64,000 nt of DNA, taken from positions 142,811 to 206,810 of the forward strand of contig JBEVXD010000006.1 of the NCBI GenBank assembly GCA_040506275.1. The letters are read 5' to 3'. Shown one piece after another: positions 18,826-27,967 of the stretch. This DNA comes from Candidatus Thiodiazotropha sp. DIVDIV (GTDB lineage Bacteria > Pseudomonadota > Gammaproteobacteria > Chromatiales > Chromatiaceae). The stretch's first letter is position 1. The number at the start of each line of letters is the position of its first letter. A program made the translations under genes and the position numbers. A model generated the notes under the pieces. The model did no database searches. It was not told where the DNA came from and saw only the letters and a program-made list of their open reading frames with translations.

Positions 18826-19442
18826 TGACTCTCTCCCTGAGCAGCCTCTGTCAATGCACACCGTGCGCGGTTGACCAGGGTAACGATAGAGAGTGCCAGC
18901 ATGGTAAAAATAAGCAAGTTACTCCATGTTCCGGCATCAATGCCAATGCCAAGTAATAGGCATAACAGACCAAACCCAAAGGCCCTGTCACTCTTGCCAA
19001 ATGGACCATCATATCGTCTTGATGCGCCAATCTGGATAGCGACTACGCCTACCATCTCCACCATTACCGAGACAATCACAAGAATGACCAGGGGTAGAGC
19101 ATAGACACCGGACACCAAGGCAAGTGGTAGATAGAGTGCAGAGTCAGATATCACATCCCCCATCTCATTCAGGACAGCACCGAGTTGGCTTTGCATATGA
19201 TGTTCACGGGCGAGCATGCCATCTATTGCGTTGAGAGCCATACGTAGAAACAGCCAAAGTGGCATCAAAAGCAACAACAACAGGTTGTCTGGATAGAGTG
19301 CTATGGCAATACCCAGTGCAATTGAAAGCATCATGGCTGTGATGGTGACCATGTTTGCAGTAATGCCAAGTTTGACGAGAGAATTGTTGAGGGGACGCAG
19401 CAAATTTTGAAATCGGGGTTTCAAGTCATAGATGCTGGGCAT
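18822..19442 (-). CDS. CDP-alcohol phosphatidyltransferase family protein
   Basis: The motif DGMLAREHHMQSQLGAVLNEMGDVISD matches D-G-x2-A-R-x8-G-x3-D-x3-D. Confidence 0.8.
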   Translation of the reverse strand: MPSIYDLKPRFQNLLRPLNNSLVKLGITANMVTITAMMLSIALGIAIALYPDNLLLLLLMPLWLFLRMALNAIDGMLAREHHMQSQLGAVLNEMGDVISDSALYLPLALVSGVYALPLVILVIVSVMVEMVGVVAIQIGASRRYDGPFGKSDRAFGFGLLCLLLGIGIDAGTWSNLLIFTMLALSIVTLVNRARCALTEAAQGESQ

Positions 19443-19779
19443 GAATATTCCTTAATGATATTAAATTTCGTCCATGAGAACGGGCATTCGAGGCATGTTA
19501 GCTTATTTAAAACAATCGAATCAATGGTGGTTGCAGGTTGCTGTCTACAGTTTGCAGTTGTATGTGGAGTTCTGGGTTGTCCTGTGCGTTCTTGTGGTGC
19601 GTTGGAATCTTAGTTTGCACCACCATGTTTCGAGTTCCCTTGTGAAATCGTGTCATCAGAATGGGAGTGTTTGCCTAACTTATTGAAATATTAGATATTT
19701 AAGTTATTGGCCTGTGTTTTGCTTTATATGCAAGTGTCCGTGCCCTTGATATTCAGGACATACAGTTTAATAAATAGAA

Positions 19780-19906
19780 CGCTAGGGTTCCGATCAAGTT
19801 CAGCAATTCAGTATGAATGAACTTTGATGACTGGTCCGAGAGCATTCGACCTCCCCCTTCTCACTACAGGGTAAAGGTTACACGGCGGGATAAAAGCCCG
19901 GGAGAC
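19780..19906 (+). promoter_or_regulatory. Guanidine-I (ykkC) riboswitch aptamer
   Basis: The conserved blocks GCTAGGGTTCCG, CTGGTCCGAGAG and ACACGGCGGGATAAAAGCCCGGGAGA are present in the right order and spacing. It lies 60 nt upstream of the ABC importer start. Confidence 0.9.
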
Positions 19907-19967
19907 AAGCTTGGTCTGAAATGCCAAGGGTGCTCCGTGTAGATCTGATGTAACTGAGAGGTTCTTT

Positions 19968-21008
19968 ATGAAACGTTTTGCCGCTTTAATCCTTGCGCTT
20001 TCACTTAGCCCTATGGCGAATGCAGCAGACCCATTTAAGGTTTGTTGGTCTATCTATGTGGGTTGGATGCCTTGGGCCTATGGTGCTGATCAAGGTATCG
20101 TTAAAAAATGGGGTGACAAATACGGTATTGATATAGAGGTTGTACAGATCAACGACTATATCGAGTCAATCAATCAATACACTGCAGGTGAATTTGATGC
20201 CTGTACCATGACAAACATGGATGCGCTGACTATACCTGCAGCGGGTGGTGTAGACAGCACTGCGCTGGTAGTCGGCGACTTCTCGAATGGCAACGATGGT
20301 ATCGTCCTGAAAGGGAAGAGCGCCTTGGCTGATATTAAAGGCCAGAGTGTGAATCTGGTTGAGTTGAGTGTCTCTCACTATCTACTGGCCCGCGCACTGG
20401 AGAGCGTAAAATTAAGTGAGAAAGATCTCTCCGTTGTAAATACATCCGATGCAGATATGGTAGCGATTTATGGTACGGATGATGTAACTGCTGTAGCAAC
20501 CTGGAACCCGCTTCTGAGTGAAATAGCAGGTATGCCTAACAGCACCAAAGTCTTCGATTCGTCGAAAATCCCAGGTGAAATTATCGACCTGCTTGTAATT
20601 AATACCGAAACACTCAAAGCACACCCGAAATTGGGTAAGGCGCTGGTGGGTGCCTGGTATGAGATTATGGGAGTAATGGGTGGCACCGATTCAGCGGCTA
20701 CTGATGCAAAAACTCACATGGCTGCGGCTTCAGGCACTGACCTGGCTGGCTACGAGTCACAGTTGGCAAGTACAGAGATGTTCTATACGCCCAAAGCAGC
20801 ATTGGCGCTGACCAATAGTAAAGACTTGGTGACAACGATGACCCACGTTGCCGAGTTCTCTTTTGATCATGGTTTATTGGGTGACGGTGCGCCTGATGCC
20901 GGCTTTATCGGTATTGAAATGCCAGCTGGTACTTTCGGTGATAAAGGGAATATCAAATTCCGCTTTGACCCTACCTTTATGACCATGGCTGCTGAAGGCA
21001 AGCTCTAA
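19968..21008 (+). CDS. ABC transporter periplasmic substrate-binding protein (NitT/TauT-like; probable guanidine/urea-type ligand)
   Basis: It has a signal peptide (MKRFAALILALSLSPMANA). It is the first gene after the guanidine-I riboswitch and is followed by permease and ATPase genes. Confidence 0.8.
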   Translation: MKRFAALILALSLSPMANAADPFKVCWSIYVGWMPWAYGADQGIVKKWGDKYGIDIEVVQINDYIESINQYTAGEFDACTMTNMDALTIPAAGGVDSTALVVGDFSNGNDGIVLKGKSALADIKGQSVNLVELSVSHYLLARALESVKLSEKDLSVVNTSDADMVAIYGTDDVTAVATWNPLLSEIAGMPNSTKVFDSSKIPGEIIDLLVINTETLKAHPKLGKALVGAWYEIMGVMGGTDSAATDAKTHMAAASGTDLAGYESQLASTEMFYTPKAALALTNSKDLVTTMTHVAEFSFDHGLLGDGAPDAGFIGIEMPAGTFGDKGNIKFRFDPTFMTMAAEGKL

Positions 21009-21189
21009 GCGGATAGGTCAAGATTCGGAAAGTACCTGCCCTGTAGTTGCGTAAACCTTTGCGTTTGCAGATAGGGCAGCTACTCACCGAAGCATAGATC
21101 ATCATTTCTGTTTCATGAATGAAATTGCCACTCCAATCAGAACAACCGCGCTTCTGCATAAGTTGTTATGAAGAACTCCGAGAATTTGT

Positions 21190-22011
21190 ATGAAGAAATT
21201 CATTAATCAACATCCAAGCAATGCACTCAAGCTGATTTTAGGACTGGCACCCTTTGTTCTTGTAATTATCCTCTATGTGGTTGGTTCTGACGCAAGGCTG
21301 GAACTCAATCCAAATGACAAACTGCTACCGAGTATGAGCCAGATTGCTGATGGGATTGAACGGATGGCATTCGAACCCAGTAAGCGCTCAGGTGAGTATC
21401 TGTTTTGGAAAGATACAACGAGCAGTCTTACCCGCCTGGGGCTAGGGCTGTTGATTGCCGCCTCTCTTGGACTGCTTATTGGACTGGTAACAGGTGCTTT
21501 GCCGATGTTTTCGGCCTCTCTTTCCCCTCTACTGACGGTTATTTCTCTGATTCCTCCGTTGGCTATTCTACCGATTCTATTTATTGTTTTCGGTTTAGGC
21601 GAGGTGTCGAAAGTGGTTTTGATTGCGATAGGTGTTACACCATTTATCGCCAGGGATATTCAGCGTAGAACCCAGGAGATTCCTGTTGAACAATTGGTAA
21701 AAGCACAATCATTGGGGGCAAATACTACTCAGATTATGATTCGTGTATTGCTACCCCAGATCATGCCTAAACTCTTGGATGCAGTGCGTCTTTCGTTAGG
21801 TGCAGGTTGGCTTTTTTTGATTGCAGCAGAAGCGGTAGCTGCAACAGATGGGCTCGGTTATCGCATCTTTCTCGTTAGACGCTATATGGCAATGGATGTG
21901 ATTTTACCCTACGTTGCCTGGATAACGGTTTTAGCGTTTTTGATCGATGTGACATTACGCAAAACCAGCCAAAAACTGTTTCCCTGGTATATACAAGGGG
22001 GTAAGTCATGA
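21190..22011 (+). CDS. ABC transporter permease
   Basis: 273 aa and multi-TM, with an EAA-like loop (AQSLGANTTQIMIRVLLPQIMP). Its stop overlaps the ATPase start. Confidence 0.85.
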   Translation: MKKFINQHPSNALKLILGLAPFVLVIILYVVGSDARLELNPNDKLLPSMSQIADGIERMAFEPSKRSGEYLFWKDTTSSLTRLGLGLLIAASLGLLIGLVTGALPMFSASLSPLLTVISLIPPLAILPILFIVFGLGEVSKVVLIAIGVTPFIARDIQRRTQEIPVEQLVKAQSLGANTTQIMIRVLLPQIMPKLLDAVRLSLGAGWLFLIAAEAVAATDGLGYRIFLVRRYMAMDVILPYVAWITVLAFLIDVTLRKTSQKLFPWYIQGGKS

Positions 22012-22814
22012 GTGCAGACGAAAATGGTTCATCACCGATGATTCAGGTAAAGAATGTTTGGAAGCAGTATGGCGATAATATTGTACTGGAACGCTTGAAT
22101 ATTAGTGTAAACGAAGGAGAGTTTGTCACTTTGGTAGGGGCTTCCGGTTGTGGTAAGAGTACCTTTCTGAACATGTTACTGGGAACCGAGCAACCAACCC
22201 GTGGCGAGATCCTGCTGGATGGAAAACCGATACCGGCAGAGGCAGGACCGGATCGAGGTATAGTTTTCCAACAATACTCAGTTTTTCCACATATGACTGT
22301 TCTTGAGAATGTCATGGCAACCCGTGGTTTTCAACGTAAAGGCATAACAGGATATCTTTTCGGTTCGAGCCGGACCGTAGCACGGAAAGAAGCTGAAGCC
22401 ATTATTGAAAAGGTGGGGCTTAACCATGCTCTTGGCAAATACCCGCATGAGTTATCTGGAGGAATGAGGCAGCGATTAGCGATTGCCCAGGCGCTATTGG
22501 GGAAGCCTCGTATTCTTCTTCTTGATGAGTCTTTTGGCGCTCTTGATCCTGGAATAAGGGCGGATATGCAGGAATTAGTCTTAAATCTCTGGCGCGAACA
22601 GAAGCTGACCGTGTTCATGGTCACCCATGACCTGAAAGAGGGTTTCTACCTTGGAACCCGATTATGGGTCTTCGATAAATTCAGACATGATCCCCAGGCA
22701 CCAAATCGTTATGGCGCGGGAATTACCTACGATTTGCCTGTAGGACATATGGACAAGGCAACCTATCAACAAATTGATGACCACCTCAGGCCTGTGCCTG
22801 CTCAGGTGGGGTGA
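22008..22814 (+). CDS. ABC transporter ATP-binding protein
   Basis: Walker A is GASGCGKST, the signature is LSGGMRQR and Walker B is LLLDESFGALD. Confidence 0.9.
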   Translation: MSADENGSSPMIQVKNVWKQYGDNIVLERLNISVNEGEFVTLVGASGCGKSTFLNMLLGTEQPTRGEILLDGKPIPAEAGPDRGIVFQQYSVFPHMTVLENVMATRGFQRKGITGYLFGSSRTVARKEAEAIIEKVGLNHALGKYPHELSGGMRQRLAIAQALLGKPRILLLDESFGALDPGIRADMQELVLNLWREQKLTVFMVTHDLKEGFYLGTRLWVFDKFRHDPQAPNRYGAGITYDLPVGHMDKATYQQIDDHLRPVPAQVG

Positions 22815-23563
22815 CAGAAGATTTAGATATGAACGAACTGATTAGATCAATTGACTATAAAACGGAAATCCCTACGGGTGCACATTGGTCACTTCGTCTG
22901 CGCCGTGGAGCCATTATGCGCATTACTGACCTGAAAGGTGGCGCGAATGTGGGAATGCTTTTTTACAATCCGGAAAACCTGCTTGAGCGTTACAACGCAC
23001 CGGATACTCTGAAGTGCCAGCACACATTCAAGTTAACCAAGGGAAACTGTCTCTATTCGGATATGGGGCGGATATTTGCGTCTATTGTGGATGATAGCCT
23101 GGGATGGCATGAAACTGTTTCGGGTAACTCCCATGCCAGCCATGTTGAGTCCAAATGGGGGGGTAGAGATTATCAGAATGACCGCAATGAATGGCATCAA
23201 AATGGTCAGGATGCATTTTTAGTGGAACTTGCAAAATATGGACTGATTGGCGCTGATCTCGCTGCCAACATTAACTGGTTCAGCAAGGTGATGGTGAATG
23301 ATGAAGGTGAACTTGAGTTGGCTTCAGACCATAGCCATGCGGGTGATCAGGTCACGCTCCGGTTTGAGATGGATACACTAGTACTGCTGCATACCTGTCC
23401 TCATCCGATGAGCCAGTCAGCAACATACCCGGAAAGTTGTGTACAGATAGAGTTGGGCGTTGCTGAACCGGTAACCGATGATGACTACTGCAGAAACTTC
23501 AGACCTGAAAACAGCAGAGGCTTCCAGAACAATAAACTCTATCACATTGGACTGGGAGTATAG
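22811..23563 (+). CDS. DUF1989 urea-carboxylase-associated protein (carboxyguanidine deiminase subunit candidate)
   Basis: 250 aa. It is paired with a paralogue immediately downstream and lies upstream of the carboxylase, which is the canonical context of the two urea-carboxylase-associated family proteins. The start could alternatively be the ATG at 22829. Confidence 0.75.
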   Translation: MTEDLDMNELIRSIDYKTEIPTGAHWSLRLRRGAIMRITDLKGGANVGMLFYNPENLLERYNAPDTLKCQHTFKLTKGNCLYSDMGRIFASIVDDSLGWHETVSGNSHASHVESKWGGRDYQNDRNEWHQNGQDAFLVELAKYGLIGADLAANINWFSKVMVNDEGELELASDHSHAGDQVTLRFEMDTLVLLHTCPHPMSQSATYPESCVQIELGVAEPVTDDDYCRNFRPENSRGFQNNKLYHIGLGV

Positions 23564-24211
23564 GTGATGATTAAAGCGTCAAACTTACTCGTTGATCAGG
23601 CGATCAGCAGGGCAGTTGTCAATGCTGGTGATTATCACATAAGTATTCTAAAAGCTGGCAGAACCATCCGTATTCTCGACCTGGAAGGAAATCAGGCCGC
23701 AGACACTCTGTTTTATTGCGCCGATAATCCAGCAGAACGATACAGTGCAATGGACACCATAAGAGAACAGGGTAACGTCTATCTGACAACTGGGTCCAAA
23801 CTTCGATCAAATGAAAACAATGTCATGCTGGAAGTGGTGGCAGATACCTGTGGTCGTCACGATACCCTGGGTGGGGCATGTGCAACAGAGAGTAATACAG
23901 TTCGCTACGATCTTGAAAAACGCTGTATGCATGCCTGTCGTGATAGTTGGATGTTGGCGATTGCAGAGCATCCGGAGTATGGAATTGGTAAACGAGATAT
24001 CACCCATAACATTAATTTCTTTATGAATGTTCCGGTTACCTCAGAGGGTGGTTTGACTTTTGAAGACGGCATCTCTGCGCCGGGTAAATATGTTGAACTT
24101 CGAGCAGAGATGGATGTGGTTGTGTTGGTATCAAACTGTCCACAGTTGAATAACCCATGTAATGGGTATAACCCGACGCCTATTGAGTGTCTGGTCTGGG
24201 CGGCTGAGTAA
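23564..24211 (+). CDS. DUF1989 urea-carboxylase-associated protein, second subunit candidate
   Basis: 215 aa and a paralogue of the preceding ORF (shared ...GN..D.LFY...N..ERY...DT... pattern). It has a GTG/ATG start directly after the upstream stop. Confidence 0.75.
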   Translation: MMIKASNLLVDQAISRAVVNAGDYHISILKAGRTIRILDLEGNQAADTLFYCADNPAERYSAMDTIREQGNVYLTTGSKLRSNENNVMLEVVADTCGRHDTLGGACATESNTVRYDLEKRCMHACRDSWMLAIAEHPEYGIGKRDITHNINFFMNVPVTSEGGLTFEDGISAPGKYVELRAEMDVVVLVSNCPQLNNPCNGYNPTPIECLVWAAE

Positions 24212-24213
24212 AT

Positions 24214-24235
24214 GTAGGGTGCGGCCTGCCGCACC
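24214..24235. repeat. REP-like hairpin variant
   Basis: GTAGGGTGCGGCCTGCCGCACC lies directly after the stop of the second DUF1989 gene and is a variant of the GTAGGGTGGGGC...CCCCACC family. Confidence 0.5.
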
Positions 24236-24307
24236 ATATCAATCTTTGGATTATACAATGAACCACAATGCAGAGACTGATTGTGGTCGTAACTAATATT
24301 ATAAACA

Positions 24308-24353
24308 CATCTGTGGACGACCACTGATGATTTAAATTACCGGGACGACCCGG
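24308..24353 (+). promoter_or_regulatory. Guanidine-II (mini-ykkC) riboswitch: two ACGA-loop hairpins
   Basis: Hairpin 1 at 24308-24329 is CATCTGTGG-ACGA-CCACTGATG. Hairpin 2 at 24340-24353 is CCGGG-ACGA-CCCGG. They are joined by a 10-nt AT-rich linker. AAGG Shine-Dalgarno and ATG (24365) follow immediately. Confidence 0.8.
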
Positions 24354-24364
24354 CCAAGGTAAGC

Positions 24365-27300
24365 ATGTTTTCCAAAGTACTGATTGCGAACCGTGGGGCC
24401 ATTGCTACACGTATTATCCGTACACTACAAAGGTTGAACATAGCATCAGTAGCTGTTTACGCAGAGAGTGATGCAGATAGTCTTCATGTTCGCCACGCTG
24501 ATGAAGCCTTTTGTTTGGGAAAAGGGGCTGCGGCTAATACCTATCTCGACATCGATAAAATTATTGCCATAGCTAAATCGAATGGAGTAGAGGCGATTCA
24601 TCCTGGCTATGGTTTTCTAAGTGAGAATGGTTCGTTTGTCAGACGATGTGAAGCAGAGGGCATCGCTTTTATAGGGCCTACCCCTGAACAGATGGAGACC
24701 TTTGGGCTTAAGCATAAAGCCAGAGAACTGGCAGAAGAAGCTGATGTTCCTCTGACTCCGGGAACTAATCTGTTGAGAGATCTTGATGAAGCAGTGCAAG
24801 CTTCTGAGCATATTGGGTATCCGGTTATGCTTAAAAGTACTGCGGGTGGCGGTGGTATCGGCATGCAGTTATGCCATTCACAAGAAGAGGTGGTAGCTGC
24901 GTTTGATTCGGTAAAACGCCTTGGTGCGAATAATTTTGCCGATGATGGTGTGTTCATAGAGAAATTTATTGCCAAAGCGAGACACATAGAGGTTCAGGTG
25001 TTTGGTGATGGTAAGGGCGGAGCGTTGGCTATAGGAGAGCGGGATTGTTCGAGTCAGCGACGTCATCAGAAGGTTGTCGAGGAGTGTCCTGCACCAAATC
25101 TCACTGATGCCATACGTAAACAACTCTATCAAACTGCTGAATCACTTCTCTCCAGCGTTGCGTATCGAAATGCGGGTACAGTTGAGTTTATCTACGATGC
25201 AGAAACAGATGCTTTCTATTTTCTTGAGGTCAATACCCGTTTGCAGGTAGAGCATGGTGTAACTGAAGAGGTTTACGGTGTAGATCTGGTTGAGTGGATG
25301 ATACAGCAGGCGGCAGGTGAGCCTGTTGATCTTGAGAGAAAACGAAAAACCTTATCGCCACAGGGACATGCAGTTCAGGTCAGGATATATGCGGAAGATC
25401 CCTATCTGGATTTTCAACCCTGTCCAGGTTTACTGATTGACGTTAGTTTTCCCCAGGATAGGGATATCAGAATTGATCATTGGATTGAATCAGGTATTGA
25501 GGTTCCTTCCTATTTCGATCCCATGTTGGCTAAGGTTATTGTTCATTCAGAAGATAGAAACTCAGCCTTCACAAAATTGCATTCTACACTTAAGGCTATC
25601 CGGCTATACGGTAGTGAAACCAATCTTGACTATCTAACATCACTAAGCTGTGATCCGGTCTTACTGGCTGGTGAGGTGACAACGCGTTATCTCAATGACT
25701 TCAAGTTTAATCCCTCACGTATCGATGTCGTACAGGGTGGAACACAAACCACTGTTCAGGACTATCCTGCCCGTAGGGGCTACTGGGATGTTGGCGTTCC
25801 GCCTTCAGGGCCATTCGATAATTATTCGTTTCAAGTTGCAAATCAACTTGTGGGTAATGGTGGTGTGGCAGCGGGCCTGGAAATTACCATGCAGGGTCCA
25901 ACCTTAAAATTCAGCAAAGCGGTCGTGATTGCTCTGACCGGTGCAGATATCGAAGCTACAGTAGATGGACAAGCGATAAGGATGTGGTCCGTTGTTAATG
26001 TACATCCAGGACAAACCTTGAAATTAGGTCGTATCAAAAATCAGGGTGCTAGAAGTTATCTCGCCATCCAGGGGGGGATAGAATGTCCTGAGTACCTAGG
26101 TTCAAGATCTACCTTTACGTTAGGTCAGTTTGGTGGTCACAATGGACGTGCACTAAGGGTAGGAGATGTTCTGAAATTAACTGATTCCACACCTCTCATT
26201 CCTGGTAAAAGTTTTACTGAAGAGGTTATACCCAAAATAGATCATAATTGGGAACTTCGTGTCATCTATGGTCCACATGGTGCACCAGACTTCTTTACTG
26301 ATCAGGATATCGAAACTTTTTTCTCTCATGAGTGGGAAGTGCACTACAACTCCAGTCGCACAGGTATTCGCCTGATAGGGCCTAAGCCTCAATGGGCGCG
26401 TCAGGATGGTGGGGAAGCCGGGCTGCATCCGTCCAATATTCATGATAATGCTTATGCATTTGGTACGGTTGATTTTACCGGTGACATGCCGGTGATACTG
26501 GGGCCAGACGGTCCTTCTCTAGGTGGTTTTGTCTGTCCAGCTACGGTGATCCAGGCCGACCTTTGGAAACTTGGACAACTGCGAGCTGGTGATAAAGTTA
26601 GATTTGCCTCTGTTAGTCTGGAAACTGCAGTATCTCTGGAGCAGCAGCAGATTTTATCTGTTAAGGGATTGCAGCCTCAGATAATAGAGTACGAAACAAC
26701 AGAACCTCAAACGCCAATACTTGATCGATTGGATAGAGCTGAATATGGTGTTGATGTTGTCTACAGGGCATCTGGTGATCACTTCCTGTTGGTTGAGTAT
26801 GGCGAACAGGTGTTGGATATTGGATTGCGATTTCGTGCTCATGCCCTGATGCAGTGGCTACAGAAAAATCCTCTGGATGGTCTGCAGGAACTGACTCCGG
26901 GGATTCGCTCTCTTCAAGTTCATTACGATAGCCAGATTCTAAGTTACACAGCACTCCTGGCTCATCTTCAGTCTGGCGAGAAAGCACTGATCAACCAGAT
27001 AGATGAACTTCATGTACCCTCAAGGATTGTACACATCCCCCTATCCTGGGACGACCAAGCATGCCAAGTGGCAATTGAAAAATATGATCAATCGGTACGG
27101 AAAAATGCTCCCTGGTGTCCGAGCAATCTTGAGTTCATTCGACGTATCAATGGATTAAAAGGGATAGATGAGGTTAAGAAAATCGTATTCGACGCATCCT
27201 ATCTGGTGATGGGGTTGGGCGATGTCTACCTTGGTGCTCCTGTTGCAACGCCTATTGATCCCCGTCATCGACTGGTAACAACAAAATATAATCCTGCTCG

Positions 27301-27961
27301 TACCTGGACTGCTGAGAACTCAGTCGGTATCGGTGGTTCCTATCTGTGCGTTTATGGCATGGAGGGACCTGGAGGATATCAATTTGTAGGCCGGACATTA
27401 CAGATGTGGAATCGTTATCGTCAGACAGAGACGTTTGATAAGCCATGGCTATTGAGATTCTTCGACCAGATTCGATTTTATGAAGTCACTCATGATGAGT
27501 TAACCCGAATCCGCAAGGATTTTCCTCAGGGACGATACCCAATCAAAATCGAAGAGAGTAGTTTTAATTTGGCCGATTATGAGGGTTTTGTTAAATCTCA
27601 CGATGTAGAAATCGAGTCGTTCCGCCAGCAGCGTGAGCAGGCGTTTAGTGACGAATTGAAAAACTGGCATGCCAACGGGCAATTTAATTATGAGGCTGTC
27701 GAGCAGGAACAACAGCTCACCGAGAGGAGTTGGCCAGAAGAGAGTCTGGTGATAGATAGTCCCATTACAGGAAGTGTCTGGCAGACAGAGGTGAAGGTTG
27801 GTCAAAAAGTGGAGGCTGGAGAGTGCCTGATGATTTTGGAATCGATGAAAATGGAAATTCCTGTTTATGCCTCGGCAGACAGTAAAGTTACCCATCTGTT
27901 GTTGGAAAATGGTCAGCGAGTGGGTGCGGGGCAAGCGCTTGTTGTGTTGGAAGAGGTTTGA
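24365..27961 (+). CDS. Biotin-dependent urea-type carboxylase, probably guanidine carboxylase
   Basis: 1198 aa. The N-terminal biotin carboxylase (ATP-grasp) domain is followed by the central allophanate-hydrolase-subunit-like domains typical of urea carboxylases and a C-terminal biotinyl motif ESMKME. The guanidine assignment rests on the two riboswitches and the DUF1989 neighbours. Confidence 0.85.
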   Translation: MFSKVLIANRGAIATRIIRTLQRLNIASVAVYAESDADSLHVRHADEAFCLGKGAAANTYLDIDKIIAIAKSNGVEAIHPGYGFLSENGSFVRRCEAEGIAFIGPTPEQMETFGLKHKARELAEEADVPLTPGTNLLRDLDEAVQASEHIGYPVMLKSTAGGGGIGMQLCHSQEEVVAAFDSVKRLGANNFADDGVFIEKFIAKARHIEVQVFGDGKGGALAIGERDCSSQRRHQKVVEECPAPNLTDAIRKQLYQTAESLLSSVAYRNAGTVEFIYDAETDAFYFLEVNTRLQVEHGVTEEVYGVDLVEWMIQQAAGEPVDLERKRKTLSPQGHAVQVRIYAEDPYLDFQPCPGLLIDVSFPQDRDIRIDHWIESGIEVPSYFDPMLAKVIVHSEDRNSAFTKLHSTLKAIRLYGSETNLDYLTSLSCDPVLLAGEVTTRYLNDFKFNPSRIDVVQGGTQTTVQDYPARRGYWDVGVPPSGPFDNYSFQVANQLVGNGGVAAGLEITMQGPTLKFSKAVVIALTGADIEATVDGQAIRMWSVVNVHPGQTLKLGRIKNQGARSYLAIQGGIECPEYLGSRSTFTLGQFGGHNGRALRVGDVLKLTDSTPLIPGKSFTEEVIPKIDHNWELRVIYGPHGAPDFFTDQDIETFFSHEWEVHYNSSRTGIRLIGPKPQWARQDGGEAGLHPSNIHDNAYAFGTVDFTGDMPVILGPDGPSLGGFVCPATVIQADLWKLGQLRAGDKVRFASVSLETAVSLEQQQILSVKGLQPQIIEYETTEPQTPILDRLDRAEYGVDVVYRASGDHFLLVEYGEQVLDIGLRFRAHALMQWLQKNPLDGLQELTPGIRSLQVHYDSQILSYTALLAHLQSGEKALINQIDELHVPSRIVHIPLSWDDQACQVAIEKYDQSVRKNAPWCPSNLEFIRRINGLKGIDEVKKIVFDASYLVMGLGDVYLGAPVATPIDPRHRLVTTKYNPARTWTAENSVGIGGSYLCVYGMEGPGGYQFVGRTLQMWNRYRQTETFDKPWLLRFFDQIRFYEVTHDELTRIRKDFPQGRYPIKIEESSFNLADYEGFVKSHDVEIESFRQQREQAFSDELKNWHANGQFNYEAVEQEQQLTERSWPEESLVIDSPITGSVWQTEVKVGQKVEAGECLMILESMKMEIPVYASADSKVTHLLLENGQRVGAGQALVVLEEV

Positions 27962-27967
27962 AGAAAA

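Noticed and set aside
23905-24324. 139-aa minus-strand ORF spanning the end of the second DUF1989 gene and the riboswitch spacer
   Set aside because: It is antisense to a supported gene and crosses the REP hairpin and guanidine-II hairpin 1. It has no RBS or motifs.
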